DNA of 39,119 nucleotides from Myxococcota bacterium (GCA_040752415.1 JBFMGU010000084.1:1-39119), one strand, 5' to 3'; positions 1 to 9,243 are shown, counted from the stretch's first letter. Notes: generated by a model from the sequence alone, not told the origin. Numbers and translations: made by a program.

Positions 1-2256
1 AGCACCAGCCCCAGTGGTCCGGGGGGCATCATCATCGTGGACGAGGACGGCGACGGTATTGACGACGGACATGCCATGAGCGGCGGGTGCGTGGGCTGCT
101 CCGGGACGGGCGGGTCCGGGCGGGGTTGGCTGCTGGCGCTGGTGCTGGTGGGGCTGGGGGTGAGGCGACGTCGTCGGGGCGTGGTGCTGGGCATGCTGCT
201 CCTGCTCACCACCGTGGAGCTCCGCGCGGAAGAGCAGACGCTGGCCTCACAACGCTGGCAGACCACGCTCGACGCCAAGGGCCTGGCGCGCACGCACTCC
301 GGCGCGTTGCTGGACCACCTGGATTTCGACGTGGGCCTGTGGGGTGACTACGAGCGCAATCCCGTGGTGCTCCGCAATCCCGACAAGGGTTCGCTGGGGC
401 CGGTGCTCCAGCAGTCGAGTTTGACGTCGTGGAGCGGGTGGAGCCCGTCCCGTCTCCGCGTCACCTCACTGGTGGGGCAACGCTTTGCCGGCGAGCTCAC
501 GCTGTCACTGGGGTTGTTCCGCTGGGTGGAGCTGGGCGTGGCCCTTCCGCTGGTGCTCTACCAGGACCGCGGCGAGGGATTTGCCACCGCGCCCGTGCGG
601 CCCGACCCGCTCAACCAGTTCGCCGTCGGCGACATCCGTCTCGGCGGGAAGATCCGCATCCTCCGTCAGCAGGACCAGCTCGTGGACCTGGCGCTGGTTC
701 CCCAGGTCACGCTGCCCGTGGGCCTGGGCTTCCGCCTCTTCTCCTTCCATGACAGCTCCAACCCCGTGGGCCTGGCCCCCGACGTCGGCACCAGCCGCTG
801 GGCGCAGGGTTACGTTTCCGAGGGATTCCCCACGTTGCAGCCGGAGATCGCGCTGAGCCGGGACCTGTTCGGCTTCTTCCTCGGCGTCAACGGCGGGTTC
901 CGGCTGCGTCGGCCCTACCAGCTGGCGAAGGTCACCGTGACCCAGGAGCTGCTGTTGCGTGCCGGCATCGGCTTCAAGGGTCGCAAGCTCGCCGAGACGG
1001 TGTCGTGGATGCGCTACTTCCCCGTCGAGCTTGGCCTGGAATCCGCGGTGGCCTTGAGCCTCAACCACCCCTACGTGGCCGTGCCCTTGGTGACGCCGAA
1101 TACCAAGCAGGTCCAGCTGCGCACGCCCGAGCGCTTCTCCCCCTACAACCACTCCGGCGAGATCAACGCCACCGCCGGGCTGGACGTGTTCTGGATCCAT
1201 CCCTACGTCGGGGCCGGCGTGGGGGTGATTCCCGGTTTTGGCACGCCGGACTTCCGCGTGCTGGGCGGTATCCGCCTTTCCACGGAGTGGGCGTCGCTGC
1301 CGCGCAACCAGCCGCGCCCTCCGCCCTCCGACCGCGATCACGACGGAATCCTGGATCCCTCCGACCGCTGCCCCGACGAGGCCGGCGTGGTGGAGCACCA
1401 GGGCTGTCCGCCTCCGCCACCCCCTCCACCTCCCTCCGACGCCGACGGAGACGGTCTCACCGACGACGTGGATCGGTGTCCGCAGCAGGCGGAGGACGTG
1501 GACGGCCTGGCGGATGACGACGGATGCGCCGAGGAGGACGCGGACCAGGACGGGCTCTCCGACGACGTGGACGATTGTCCCACGGAAGCCGGGGGCGCGT
1601 TCGTGGATGGCTGCCCGCACCAGCTTCCGGAGAACGCCGCGGAGCTGCCCCCGCTGAGCAACCAGGATCTCGACGGGGACGGGGTGTTCGGCGCGGAGGA
1701 TCTCTGTGCGGACGCCGCCGAGGATCCCGACGGGTTCCAGGATGCCGACGGCTGCCCCGATCCCGACAACGATCACGACGGTGTGCCCGACGCCACCGAC
1801 CAGTGCGCGCTGGAAGCCGAGGTGATCAACGGCAACGCCGACGACGACGGCTGCCCGGACAAGGGGCGCTCCCTGGTGGTGCTCAGGCGTGACCGCATCA
1901 TCACCGTGGAGAACATCCACTTCGAGCCGGGCAAGGCGGAGATCCGGCCGTCCTCGTTCAACCAGATTGACCAGGTGGCGCGCTACCTGCTGGCCAACCC
2001 GGAAATGCGCCTCCGCATCGAGGGACACACCGACTACGAGGGCTCCGACCAGTACAACATGGACCTCTCGCAGCGTCGGGCGGACGCCGTGCGCGCGTAC
2101 CTGGTCAAGAAGGGCGTGGAGCCGGGTCGCGTGGTCTCGGTGGGCTACGGGCGCACCCGTCCCATCAGCGACAACACCACGGTTGCGGGCCGGGAGAAGA
2201 ACCGCCGCGTGGAGTTCATCATCGAGGCCAACGAGCCTGCGGGGGAGGAACCATGA
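1..2256 (+). CDS. 5'-truncated outer-membrane protein: internal MYXO-CTERM-like segment, predicted beta-barrel, TSP3-like Ca-binding repeats and C-terminal OmpA-like peptidoglycan-binding domain (TraB/AgmC-like architecture)
   Basis: The frame is open from base 1 (STSPSGPGGIIIVDEDGDG...), so the true start probably lies upstream. Motifs: GGCVGCSG...WLLALVLVGLGVRRRRRG; barrel-like region ending GFGTPDFRVLGGIRL; DxDxDG...DxCP repeats (~1330-1860); OmpA motifs IHFEPGKAEI, RIEGHTD, NMDLSQRRADAVRAYL, GREKNRRVEF. Confidence 0.85.
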   Translation, partial: STSPSGPGGIIIVDEDGDGIDDGHAMSGGCVGCSGTGGSGRGWLLALVLVGLGVRRRRRGVVLGMLLLLTTVELRAEEQTLASQRWQTTLDAKGLARTHSGALLDHLDFDVGLWGDYERNPVVLRNPDKGSLGPVLQQSSLTSWSGWSPSRLRVTSLVGQRFAGELTLSLGLFRWVELGVALPLVLYQDRGEGFATAPVRPDPLNQFAVGDIRLGGKIRILRQQDQLVDLALVPQVTLPVGLGFRLFSFHDSSNPVGLAPDVGTSRWAQGYVSEGFPTLQPEIALSRDLFGFFLGVNGGFRLRRPYQLAKVTVTQELLLRAGIGFKGRKLAETVSWMRYFPVELGLESAVALSLNHPYVAVPLVTPNTKQVQLRTPERFSPYNHSGEINATAGLDVFWIHPYVGAGVGVIPGFGTPDFRVLGGIRLSTEWASLPRNQPRPPPSDRDHDGILDPSDRCPDEAGVVEHQGCPPPPPPPPPSDADGDGLTDDVDRCPQQAEDVDGLADDDGCAEEDADQDGLSDDVDDCPTEAGGAFVDGCPHQLPENAAELPPLSNQDLDGDGVFGAEDLCADAAEDPDGFQDADGCPDPDNDHDGVPDATDQCALEAEVINGNADDDGCPDKGRSLVVLRRDRIITVENIHFEPGKAEIRPSSFNQIDQVARYLLANPEMRLRIEGHTDYEGSDQYNMDLSQRRADAVRAYLVKKGVEPGRVVSVGYGRTRPISDNTTVAGREKNRRVEFIIEANEPAGEEP

Positions 2257-3416
2257 AGCGCGCCCTCGTCGTTGTGGCGTGTTGCAGCTTCGGGGAAGCG
2301 TGGGCCCAGACCCCAACGGGGACCGACCCGTGCGGCGGAACCATGTTCGCCGGCGGTCGCATCGTCGTGGGGCGCAAGCTGGTCCCGGCGGACGTGGATA
2401 CTTCCGAAGGCGCCGCGTGCATTGCCCACGTGGCCCGGCAGGCTCACACCCACCGCACCCTGCTCACGCTGACCGTGGTGGCCCGCGTGCCCGACGACGC
2501 ACGCCTGGATGGCGCCGCGCTGGGTTCCGCGCGCAGGGCCCGGGATCTCATGGCGTCCGCGGGCCTTCCGCCTGAGCGCGTCTCGGTGGTGGTGCCCCGT
2601 GGTGAGGCGGATGAGTCGCCGTCGCTCCAGTTTCTCTACGCCGAGCGGAAGGACCGGCCCGTGGCGCGGGTCGACGTCGTGGAAGGCAACCTGCGCGTGG
2701 GCCCCGACGACCCCGAGCACCCGTCCATGGAGACCGTGGGCGCCGGTGGGGTGGTGACGGAGCGACAGGCCCTCCACGTTGGAGCCGGCGCGCACGCGGT
2801 GTTGACCCTTCAGGACGGCAGCCGCTGGGTGCTTGGTCCGGAAACCAATCTGGCGCTGCGGGAGGTGGAGCTGCCCGAGTCCCGCGCGCGTGTCCTCAGG
2901 GCCACGGTTTCCTCGGGGACCATCACGGTGATGGGGGCGAGCGGCGTCCATGAGGTGCCGGTGGAGCTGGACGTGGGAGGCATGGCCACGCGCGTCCAGG
3001 GCTGCACGCTGCGCGGCTCGGTCACCTCGGAGCGCGCGCGGATCGAGACGCTCAAGGGAGTTGCCGCGGTGCGCACCGCCGACGGAACGCAGGACCTGCG
3101 TGCGGGCGAAGCGCTCGAGCGCACCGGGGGCGGCGTGAACCGTTCCACGCTGTTGGCTGCCCCCGTGCCGCAGGTGGTGCGCGCTGAGGATCCCGCGCGG
3201 GATCTGCGGTGGTCTCCGGTGGAGGGGGCCACCGGCTACGTCGTGCAGCTCGCACGGGAGCCGGCCTTTGCCCGGGAGAACCATGAGATCGCCACCCTGG
3301 AACCGACGGTAAGCGAGGCGAACCTGCCCCCGGGCCGCTGGTTCTGGCGCGTGTCCGCCGTAGGCCAAGGTGCGACTCCAGGCCTCCCTTCCAAAATTTG
3401 CGCCGTCGGCCGCTAA
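2253..3416 (+). CDS. Exported FecR-domain protein with a degenerate OmpA-like N-terminal domain and a C-terminal FN3-like domain
   Basis: ATGA overlap with the upstream stop. Signal peptide MKRALVVVACCSFGEAWA. FecR-like segment ALHVGAGAHAVLTLQDGSRWVLGPETNL...RVQGCTL...ETLKGVAAV. FN3-like segment LRWSPVEGATGYVVQLAREPAF...LPPGRWFWRVSAV. Confidence 0.7.
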   Translation: MKRALVVVACCSFGEAWAQTPTGTDPCGGTMFAGGRIVVGRKLVPADVDTSEGAACIAHVARQAHTHRTLLTLTVVARVPDDARLDGAALGSARRARDLMASAGLPPERVSVVVPRGEADESPSLQFLYAERKDRPVARVDVVEGNLRVGPDDPEHPSMETVGAGGVVTERQALHVGAGAHAVLTLQDGSRWVLGPETNLALREVELPESRARVLRATVSSGTITVMGASGVHEVPVELDVGGMATRVQGCTLRGSVTSERARIETLKGVAAVRTADGTQDLRAGEALERTGGGVNRSTLLAAPVPQVVRAEDPARDLRWSPVEGATGYVVQLAREPAFARENHEIATLEPTVSEANLPPGRWFWRVSAVGQGATPGLPSKICAVGR

Positions 3417-3418
3417 CG

Positions 3419-3437
3419 TTTCGCGCGCACCGCGAAA
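3419..3437. repeat. Inverted repeat TTTCGCG-N5-CGCGAAA in the intergenic region
   Basis: Directly visible just after the 3416 stop and overlapping an A7 tract (3435-3441). No U-tract follows the stem on either strand, so it is not a canonical intrinsic terminator. Confidence 0.5.
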
Positions 3438-3483
3438 AAAAGATCTAAACGCGCAAGATAGCCGTGGGTTTCCCGTGATGGTT

Positions 3484-3495
3484 GGGCTATAGCCC
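3484..3495. promoter_or_regulatory. Perfect 12-bp palindrome GGGCTATAGCCC upstream of the large cluster (possible operator or -10 region)
   Basis: The palindrome is directly visible ~28 bp upstream of the ATG at 3524 (AGGAG RBS at 3514-3518). Its function is inferred only. Confidence 0.3.
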
Positions 3496-3523
3496 CACGA
3501 GTCGGGCCCCCTTAGGAGCAGGG

Positions 3524-6500
3524 ATGCGATCTCGTTGGTTGGCGCCACTGGCGTCCCTCAGTCTTCTTGTTGCCTGCGCGGATCCTGGTTCCGTCGACAA
3601 CGACGGGGATGGCTCCACCAGCTCCAGCCGGAAGCCGCGCGGCTCCATCTCCTCCAGCAGCGGCGGATCCACCAGCAGCAACACGTCCAGTGCGTCGTCG
3701 TCGGGGGGCTCCAGCAGTCTCCCCTCGTCCACCAGCAGCACCGGCACCTCTTCGTCCTCCTCGGGCAGCAGCACCACCTCCCAGGGCACCAGCACCAGCA
3801 GCTCCTCCTCCACCAGCAGCAGCACCTCCTCCAGCAGCTCCTCCTCGTCGTCATCCAGCTCCGGCGCTCCCGGCACGTGCAGCACGGCGTCGGACTGCCC
3901 CGTGCCGCCCAATTTGTGCGTCGTGGCCACGTGTGAGGGCGGCGTGTGCGGCACCCGCAATGAGCCCGCCGGCACCGCCATCCGCGCGCAGGTGCGCGGG
4001 GACTGCAAGCGCGTGGAGTGCGACGGAGACGGTCAGCTCACCCGCGTGAACGACGACACCGACGTGGGATCGGATTCCTCCACGTGCACCGTGGACGCCT
4101 GCAACCAGGGTACGCCCGTCTTCACCGCGCTCGCGGGACCCTGCTACCAGGGCGGCGTGATGTGCGGCGATCCCGCCGGAGACGCCGCGGGACGGTGTGT
4201 GGACTGCAACGCCGCGTCGGACTGCGAGAGCAAGGTCTGCACCGCGCATCTCTGCGTTCCTGCCTCTTGCGCGGACCAGGTCCTCAACGGGACCGAGTCC
4301 GACGTGGACTGCGGCGGGGAGTGCGCGCCCTGTGAGGCGCCCGGGGCATGTCGGGAGGCCGCGGATTGCGTGAGCCGGGTGTGTGAGGACTCGGTCTGCC
4401 AGCCCGCGAGCTGCCAGGACGCCACCCGGAACGCCGACGAATCCGACGTGGATTGCGGCGGTATCGCGTGCGGCGCCACCTGTGACGCGGGAAGCGCCTG
4501 TGTGCTGGCCCAGGATTGTCTCTCCGGGGTGTGCAGCGACGGGATCTGCCAGGCGCCCAGCTGTTCCGACGGTGTCGCCAACGCCCAGGAGACGGACGTG
4601 GACTGCGGCGGGGACACCTGCGGTCCGTGCGGCAGTCACCGCGCGTGCGACCAGTCCTCCGACTGCCTCAGCCAGCGCTGCGAGGGGAACGCCTGCCAGC
4701 CCCCCACCTGCACCGATCTCATCCGCAACGGCGCTGAGTCCGACGTGGACTGCGGTCCCGGCTGCAGCCCCTGCGCGGACGGCATGGCATGCACCACCGG
4801 TGCTCACTGCGGTAGCCGCGTCTGCTCGGACCTCGTCTGCCAGGTGGGCAACTGTTCCGACGGGGTGGCCAACGCCGATGAGACGGACATGGATTGCGGT
4901 GGCCCGGACTGCGCCCCCTGCGGCAACAACCGCGCCTGCGACAGCGCCGCCGACTGCCAGTCGTCGATCTGCAACGCGAGACGGTGCCGCGCGGCCGGTT
5001 GCGGCGACGGCGTCCAGAACGGCGGGGAGAGCGCGGTGGACTGCGGCGGGGACTGCGCGGGTTGCGCGGTGGGCGTGGCCTGCGTGGTCGGGGATGATTG
5101 CGAGAGCCGGGTGTGCAGCGGCGGCTTCTGCGCTGCTCCCACGTGCAACGACGGCGTCACCAACGCGGCCGAAACGGACGTGGACTGCGGCGGCCCCCTG
5201 TGCGCGGACTGTGTGTACGGGCAGCACTGCCTCCAAGGCACGGACTGCGACACGCTCTCCTGCTCCGGTGGGCTGTGCCGCGTGCCCACCTGCAACGACA
5301 ACATCCACAACGGCCTGGAGACCGCGGTGGACTGCGGTGGCGCGTGCCCGGGGTGCTCCGCGGGCAGCGCGTGCAACGTCGACGGGGACTGCACCAGCCT
5401 GGTGTGCGAGACGGGGCTCTGCCGGCCCGCCGGGTGTGGCGACGGCATTCTCAACGGCGACGAGACCGCGCTGGACTGCGGAGGTCCCACGTGTGGTGGC
5501 TGCGCGGATGGGGTGGCGTGTCTGGTGGCCCGGGACTGCGCCAGCGGCGTGTGCGACGCCCAGGTCTGCCAGGTTCCCACTTGCACCGACGGCGTGGCGA
5601 ATGGCCAGGAGACCGGACCGGACTGCGGTGGGCCCTCCTGTGGTCCCTGCGCCGACGGCGCGGGCTGCGCGGTGAACGCGGACTGCGTGAGCGGCGTGTG
5701 CTCGACGGTGTGCCAGGCGCCGTCCTGCCTGGACAACGTGTTCAATGGTGACGAGACGGACCTGGACTGCGGCGGCCCCACCTGTGCTCCCTGTGCCACG
5801 GGTCAGGTGTGCGTGGCCTCCTCGGATTGTCGTGATCTCAAGTGTGAGGGCGGTGCCTGCGCGGCCCCCACGTGCGACGACCTCCTCCGCAACGGCGACG
5901 AGAGCGACCAGGACTGCGGCGGCTCCGCCTGCGCCCGGTGCGTGGACCTGCGTCGCTGCGACCAGGGCACGGACTGCGTGAGCGACGTGTGCGTTGCCAA
6001 CGTCTGCCAGGTCCCCACCTGCACGGATCTCGCCTTCAACGGTGACGAGACGGATGTGGACTGCGGTGGTCCCACGTGCGGTCCGTGTCCGGATCTCTCG
6101 GCCTGCGTGGACGCGGCGGACTGCTCCAGCGGGGTGTGCACGGGCAACACCTGCCAGGTGCCCCGCTGCGACGACACCGTGCTCAACGGAGACGAGTCCG
6201 ACCTGGACTGCGGCGGCTCCTGCGGAGGCTGCGCGGACGGGTTGCACTGCGAGGTCCCCCAGGATTGCGCCAGCCTGGTGTGCTTCGACTCGGTCTGCCG
6301 CACGGCCACCTGTACGGACAACACCCGCAATGCCGCGGAGACGGACGTGGACTGCGGTGGCGGAACCTGCCTTCCGTGCGTCAACGGCAAGCAGTGCTCC
6401 GTGGCCAGCGACTGCTTCAGCAACTCCTGTGACGCCAACGGGCTGTGCCAGTCCGCAAGCTGCTCCGACAACATCAAGAACGACGCGGAAACCGACGTGG

Positions 6501-9193
6501 ACTGCGGCGGACCCATCTGCGGCGGCTGCGCGGATGGCCTGGCCTGCAGCGTGGCCGACGATTGCGCCAGCGGCGTGTGCACCGCCAACGTGTGCGCGGT
6601 GCCGGCCTGTGACGACGGGGTCATCAACGGGGCGGAGACGGATGTGGACTGCGGCGGCGGCACCTGTGCGCGTTGCAGCACGCATCGCCACTGCCTCAGT
6701 GCTGGAGACTGCGAGAGCGGTGTGTGCGCTCTGGATGACGCCGGAATCGGGGAGTGCGCGCCGCCCACGTGTACCGACCAGGTGAAGAACGGCGACGAGG
6801 CGGACGTGGACTGCGGCTCCTCCACCTGCAACGTGTACGACGCGGACGGAGGCGCCACGCCCATCCTGTGCGCCGTGGGCAGCTCCTGCACCGCCGGGTC
6901 CCAGTGCGTGACCGGCTCCTGCGTCAACGACGAGTGCCAGGCGGGTGCCTGCGGCGACGGCGCCAAGAACGGGAACGAGACCGACGTGGACTGCGGCGGA
7001 AGCGACTGCTCCCCGTGTCCGGGCAACCGCACCTGCCTGGTGAACACGGACTGCCAGAGCGCGGAGTGCGTGGGACAGCGCTGCGAGGCCGCCGCCTGCG
7101 GCGACCGGGTCGCCAATGGCGACGAGACGGACGTGGATTGTGGCGGTTCGTACACCGCCAATGACGCCGGTGGCGTGGGGTGTGAGCCGCGGTGCGGTGC
7201 CGGTCGCTCCTGCCTGGTCAACAGCGACTGCCAGAGCGGCCTGTGCCTGGGCTCGCCGCCCCGGTGCCAGGGGAACTGCACGGACGGGGAGCGGAACGGG
7301 TCGGAGACGGACGTGGACTGCGGCGGCGCGTCGTGCCCGCCGTGCGGAACCGCCAAGGCGTGTGTGGTGGCCAATGACTGCGAGAGCAGGAACTGCGGCC
7401 CGGCGCTGACGCCGGATGCCGGTCCGGTCGACGCGGCGGTGACGGGCCCGGCCTTGGACGCGTCGTTCCCCCAGCTTGACGCCTCCCTCCCGTCGTTCGA
7501 CGGTGGCCTCAACGACGCCGGCCCGCCCATTGACGCCGGCTCCGCCTTCGTCCCCGACGCCGGCCCCCCGCTGGGCGCGTGCGTGGCCCCCACCTGTGAC
7601 GACCTGATCACGAATCAGGACGAGACCGACGTGGACTGTGGCGGTGCCACCTGCGCGGACTGCGCGGATGGCAAGGCCTGCCTGGTCGACGGGGACTGCT
7701 CCAGCGCCGTGTGCAGTGGTTCGCCCACCAGGACCTGCCGGACGGCCCGGTGCGACGACGGTCGGCGGAATGCCCAGGAGACCGACGTGGATTGCGGCGG
7801 AGGCACCTGCCCGGCCTGCGCCGGAGGGAAGGCCTGCGCCGCCAATTCCGACTGCATCAGCGGCACCTGCACCAACAGCGTGTGCGAGGCCTCGTGCGTC
7901 GACCTGGTGGAGAACGGCACGGAGACCGACGTGGACTGCGGCGGCGGGACCTGTCCGGACTGCGCCGCGGGGCTGGGGTGCCTGACCGGTACCGACTGCG
8001 TGAGCGGCGTGTGCACCTCCAACGTGTGCCAAGCCACCTGCACCGACGGCGTGAAGAACCAGGACGAAACCGACGTGGATTGCGGTGGCTCGTGCGCCGC
8101 CAACTGCGCCGACGGGAAGTTGTGCGCGGCGGGCTCGGACTGCCAGAGCGGGGTGTGCACCAGCGGCGTCTGCCAGGTGCCGTCCTGCACCGACACCGTC
8201 AAGAACGGCACGGAGACGGACGTGGACTGCGGCAGCACCTGCCCCAATGACTGCGGGCCGGGGCAGGGTTGCTCGTCGGGTTCGGACTGCGTGGGTGGCA
8301 CCTGCACCTCGGGGACGTGTGCGCCCACCTGCACCGACCTCGTCGAGAACCAGGATGAGACGGACGTGGACTGCGGCGGGAGCTGCCCCAGTGCGTGCGG
8401 GGACGGGCAGGGCTGCACCGTGGCGGCGGATTGCACCAGCGGTGTGTGCACCGGCGGCGTGTGCCAGGTCCCGATCTGCACCGACACCGTGAAGAACCAG
8501 GATGAAACCGACGTGGACTGCGGTGGAAGCTGCTCGGGTTGCGGCCCCGGCGAGGCCTGCTCCGTGGCGGCGGACTGCCTGGGCGGGAGCTGCACGTCAG
8601 GGGCGTGTGATCCCACCTGCACCGATCTCGTCAAGAACCAGGATGAAACCGACGTGGACTGCGGTGGAAGCTGTCCCGGCTGTGGCCCCGGCGAGGCCTG
8701 CTCCGTGGCCGCGGACTGCCTGGGCGGGAGCTGCACGTCGGGGGCGTGTGATCCCACCTGCACCGATCTCGTCAAGAACCAGGATGAAACCGACGTGGAT
8801 TGCGGTGGCTCGTGCGCCGCCAACTGCGCCGACGGGGAGTTGTGCGCGGCGGGCTCGGACTGCCAGAGCGGGGTGTGCACCAGCGGCGTCTGCCAGGTGC
8901 CGTCCTGCACCGACACCGTCAAGAACGGCACGGAGACGGACGTGGACTGCGGCAGCACCTGCCCCAATGACTGCGGGCCGGGGCAGGGTTGCTCGTCGGG
9001 TTCGGACTGCGTGGGTGGCACCTGCACCTCGGGGACGTGCGCGCCCACCTGCACCGACCTCGTCGAGAACCAGGATGAGACGGACGTGGACTGCGGCGGG
9101 GCCACCTGCCCGACGCGCTGCGCGACCGGGGAGGGCTGCTCCGTGAATGCGGACTGCGCCAGCGGGACCTGCAACTCGGGGACGTGCACATGA
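3524..9193 (+). CDS. Giant Cys-rich repeat lipoprotein (~1889 aa, ~32 N-x-x-E-T-D-V-D-C-G-G repeats)
   Basis: ATG at 3524 follows AGGAG. Lipobox MRSRWLAPLASLSLLVA|C, then a Ser-rich linker (~3610-3860). About 32 repeats of 47-50 aa counted by eye in the translation, with a Pro/Asp/Ala/Gly linker at ~7410-7570. Confidence 0.88.
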   Translation: MRSRWLAPLASLSLLVACADPGSVDNDGDGSTSSSRKPRGSISSSSGGSTSSNTSSASSSGGSSSLPSSTSSTGTSSSSSGSSTTSQGTSTSSSSSTSSSTSSSSSSSSSSSSGAPGTCSTASDCPVPPNLCVVATCEGGVCGTRNEPAGTAIRAQVRGDCKRVECDGDGQLTRVNDDTDVGSDSSTCTVDACNQGTPVFTALAGPCYQGGVMCGDPAGDAAGRCVDCNAASDCESKVCTAHLCVPASCADQVLNGTESDVDCGGECAPCEAPGACREAADCVSRVCEDSVCQPASCQDATRNADESDVDCGGIACGATCDAGSACVLAQDCLSGVCSDGICQAPSCSDGVANAQETDVDCGGDTCGPCGSHRACDQSSDCLSQRCEGNACQPPTCTDLIRNGAESDVDCGPGCSPCADGMACTTGAHCGSRVCSDLVCQVGNCSDGVANADETDMDCGGPDCAPCGNNRACDSAADCQSSICNARRCRAAGCGDGVQNGGESAVDCGGDCAGCAVGVACVVGDDCESRVCSGGFCAAPTCNDGVTNAAETDVDCGGPLCADCVYGQHCLQGTDCDTLSCSGGLCRVPTCNDNIHNGLETAVDCGGACPGCSAGSACNVDGDCTSLVCETGLCRPAGCGDGILNGDETALDCGGPTCGGCADGVACLVARDCASGVCDAQVCQVPTCTDGVANGQETGPDCGGPSCGPCADGAGCAVNADCVSGVCSTVCQAPSCLDNVFNGDETDLDCGGPTCAPCATGQVCVASSDCRDLKCEGGACAAPTCDDLLRNGDESDQDCGGSACARCVDLRRCDQGTDCVSDVCVANVCQVPTCTDLAFNGDETDVDCGGPTCGPCPDLSACVDAADCSSGVCTGNTCQVPRCDDTVLNGDESDLDCGGSCGGCADGLHCEVPQDCASLVCFDSVCRTATCTDNTRNAAETDVDCGGGTCLPCVNGKQCSVASDCFSNSCDANGLCQSASCSDNIKNDAETDVDCGGPICGGCADGLACSVADDCASGVCTANVCAVPACDDGVINGAETDVDCGGGTCARCSTHRHCLSAGDCESGVCALDDAGIGECAPPTCTDQVKNGDEADVDCGSSTCNVYDADGGATPILCAVGSSCTAGSQCVTGSCVNDECQAGACGDGAKNGNETDVDCGGSDCSPCPGNRTCLVNTDCQSAECVGQRCEAAACGDRVANGDETDVDCGGSYTANDAGGVGCEPRCGAGRSCLVNSDCQSGLCLGSPPRCQGNCTDGERNGSETDVDCGGASCPPCGTAKACVVANDCESRNCGPALTPDAGPVDAAVTGPALDASFPQLDASLPSFDGGLNDAGPPIDAGSAFVPDAGPPLGACVAPTCDDLITNQDETDVDCGGATCADCADGKACLVDGDCSSAVCSGSPTRTCRTARCDDGRRNAQETDVDCGGGTCPACAGGKACAANSDCISGTCTNSVCEASCVDLVENGTETDVDCGGGTCPDCAAGLGCLTGTDCVSGVCTSNVCQATCTDGVKNQDETDVDCGGSCAANCADGKLCAAGSDCQSGVCTSGVCQVPSCTDTVKNGTETDVDCGSTCPNDCGPGQGCSSGSDCVGGTCTSGTCAPTCTDLVENQDETDVDCGGSCPSACGDGQGCTVAADCTSGVCTGGVCQVPICTDTVKNQDETDVDCGGSCSGCGPGEACSVAADCLGGSCTSGACDPTCTDLVKNQDETDVDCGGSCPGCGPGEACSVAADCLGGSCTSGACDPTCTDLVKNQDETDVDCGGSCAANCADGELCAAGSDCQSGVCTSGVCQVPSCTDTVKNGTETDVDCGSTCPNDCGPGQGCSSGSDCVGGTCTSGTCAPTCTDLVENQDETDVDCGGATCPTRCATGEGCSVNADCASGTCNSGTCT
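8054..9100 (+). repeat. Near-identical intragenic DNA duplications: ~327-bp block (8054-8380 and 8774-9100) and a 141-bp tandem unit (starts 8492, 8633)
   Basis: Line-by-line comparison: 8054-8380 and 8774-9100 (offset 720) differ at about 3 positions. AAGAACCAGGATGAAACCGACGTGGA recurs at 8492, 8633 and 8774 (141-bp period). Confidence 0.9.
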
Positions 9194-9243
9194 GGCGCAG
9201 CCCCCTCTTTTGGCCTCCCATGACGTGGAAGCGGGGAAATGCC

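Noticed and set aside
3419..3441. Possible rho-independent terminator
   Set aside because: The stem is followed by an A-tract on the plus strand, and the T-tract precedes it on the minus strand. The geometry is wrong for both directions, so it is kept only as an inverted repeat.
4270..9100. Regularly spaced GACGTGGACTGCGGCGG-like DNA repeats (~145-bp period) resembling a CRISPR array
   Set aside because: The repeats vary at synonymous positions, stay in frame and encode DVDCGG. The intervening sequences are homologous coding sequence, and no cas genes are present.
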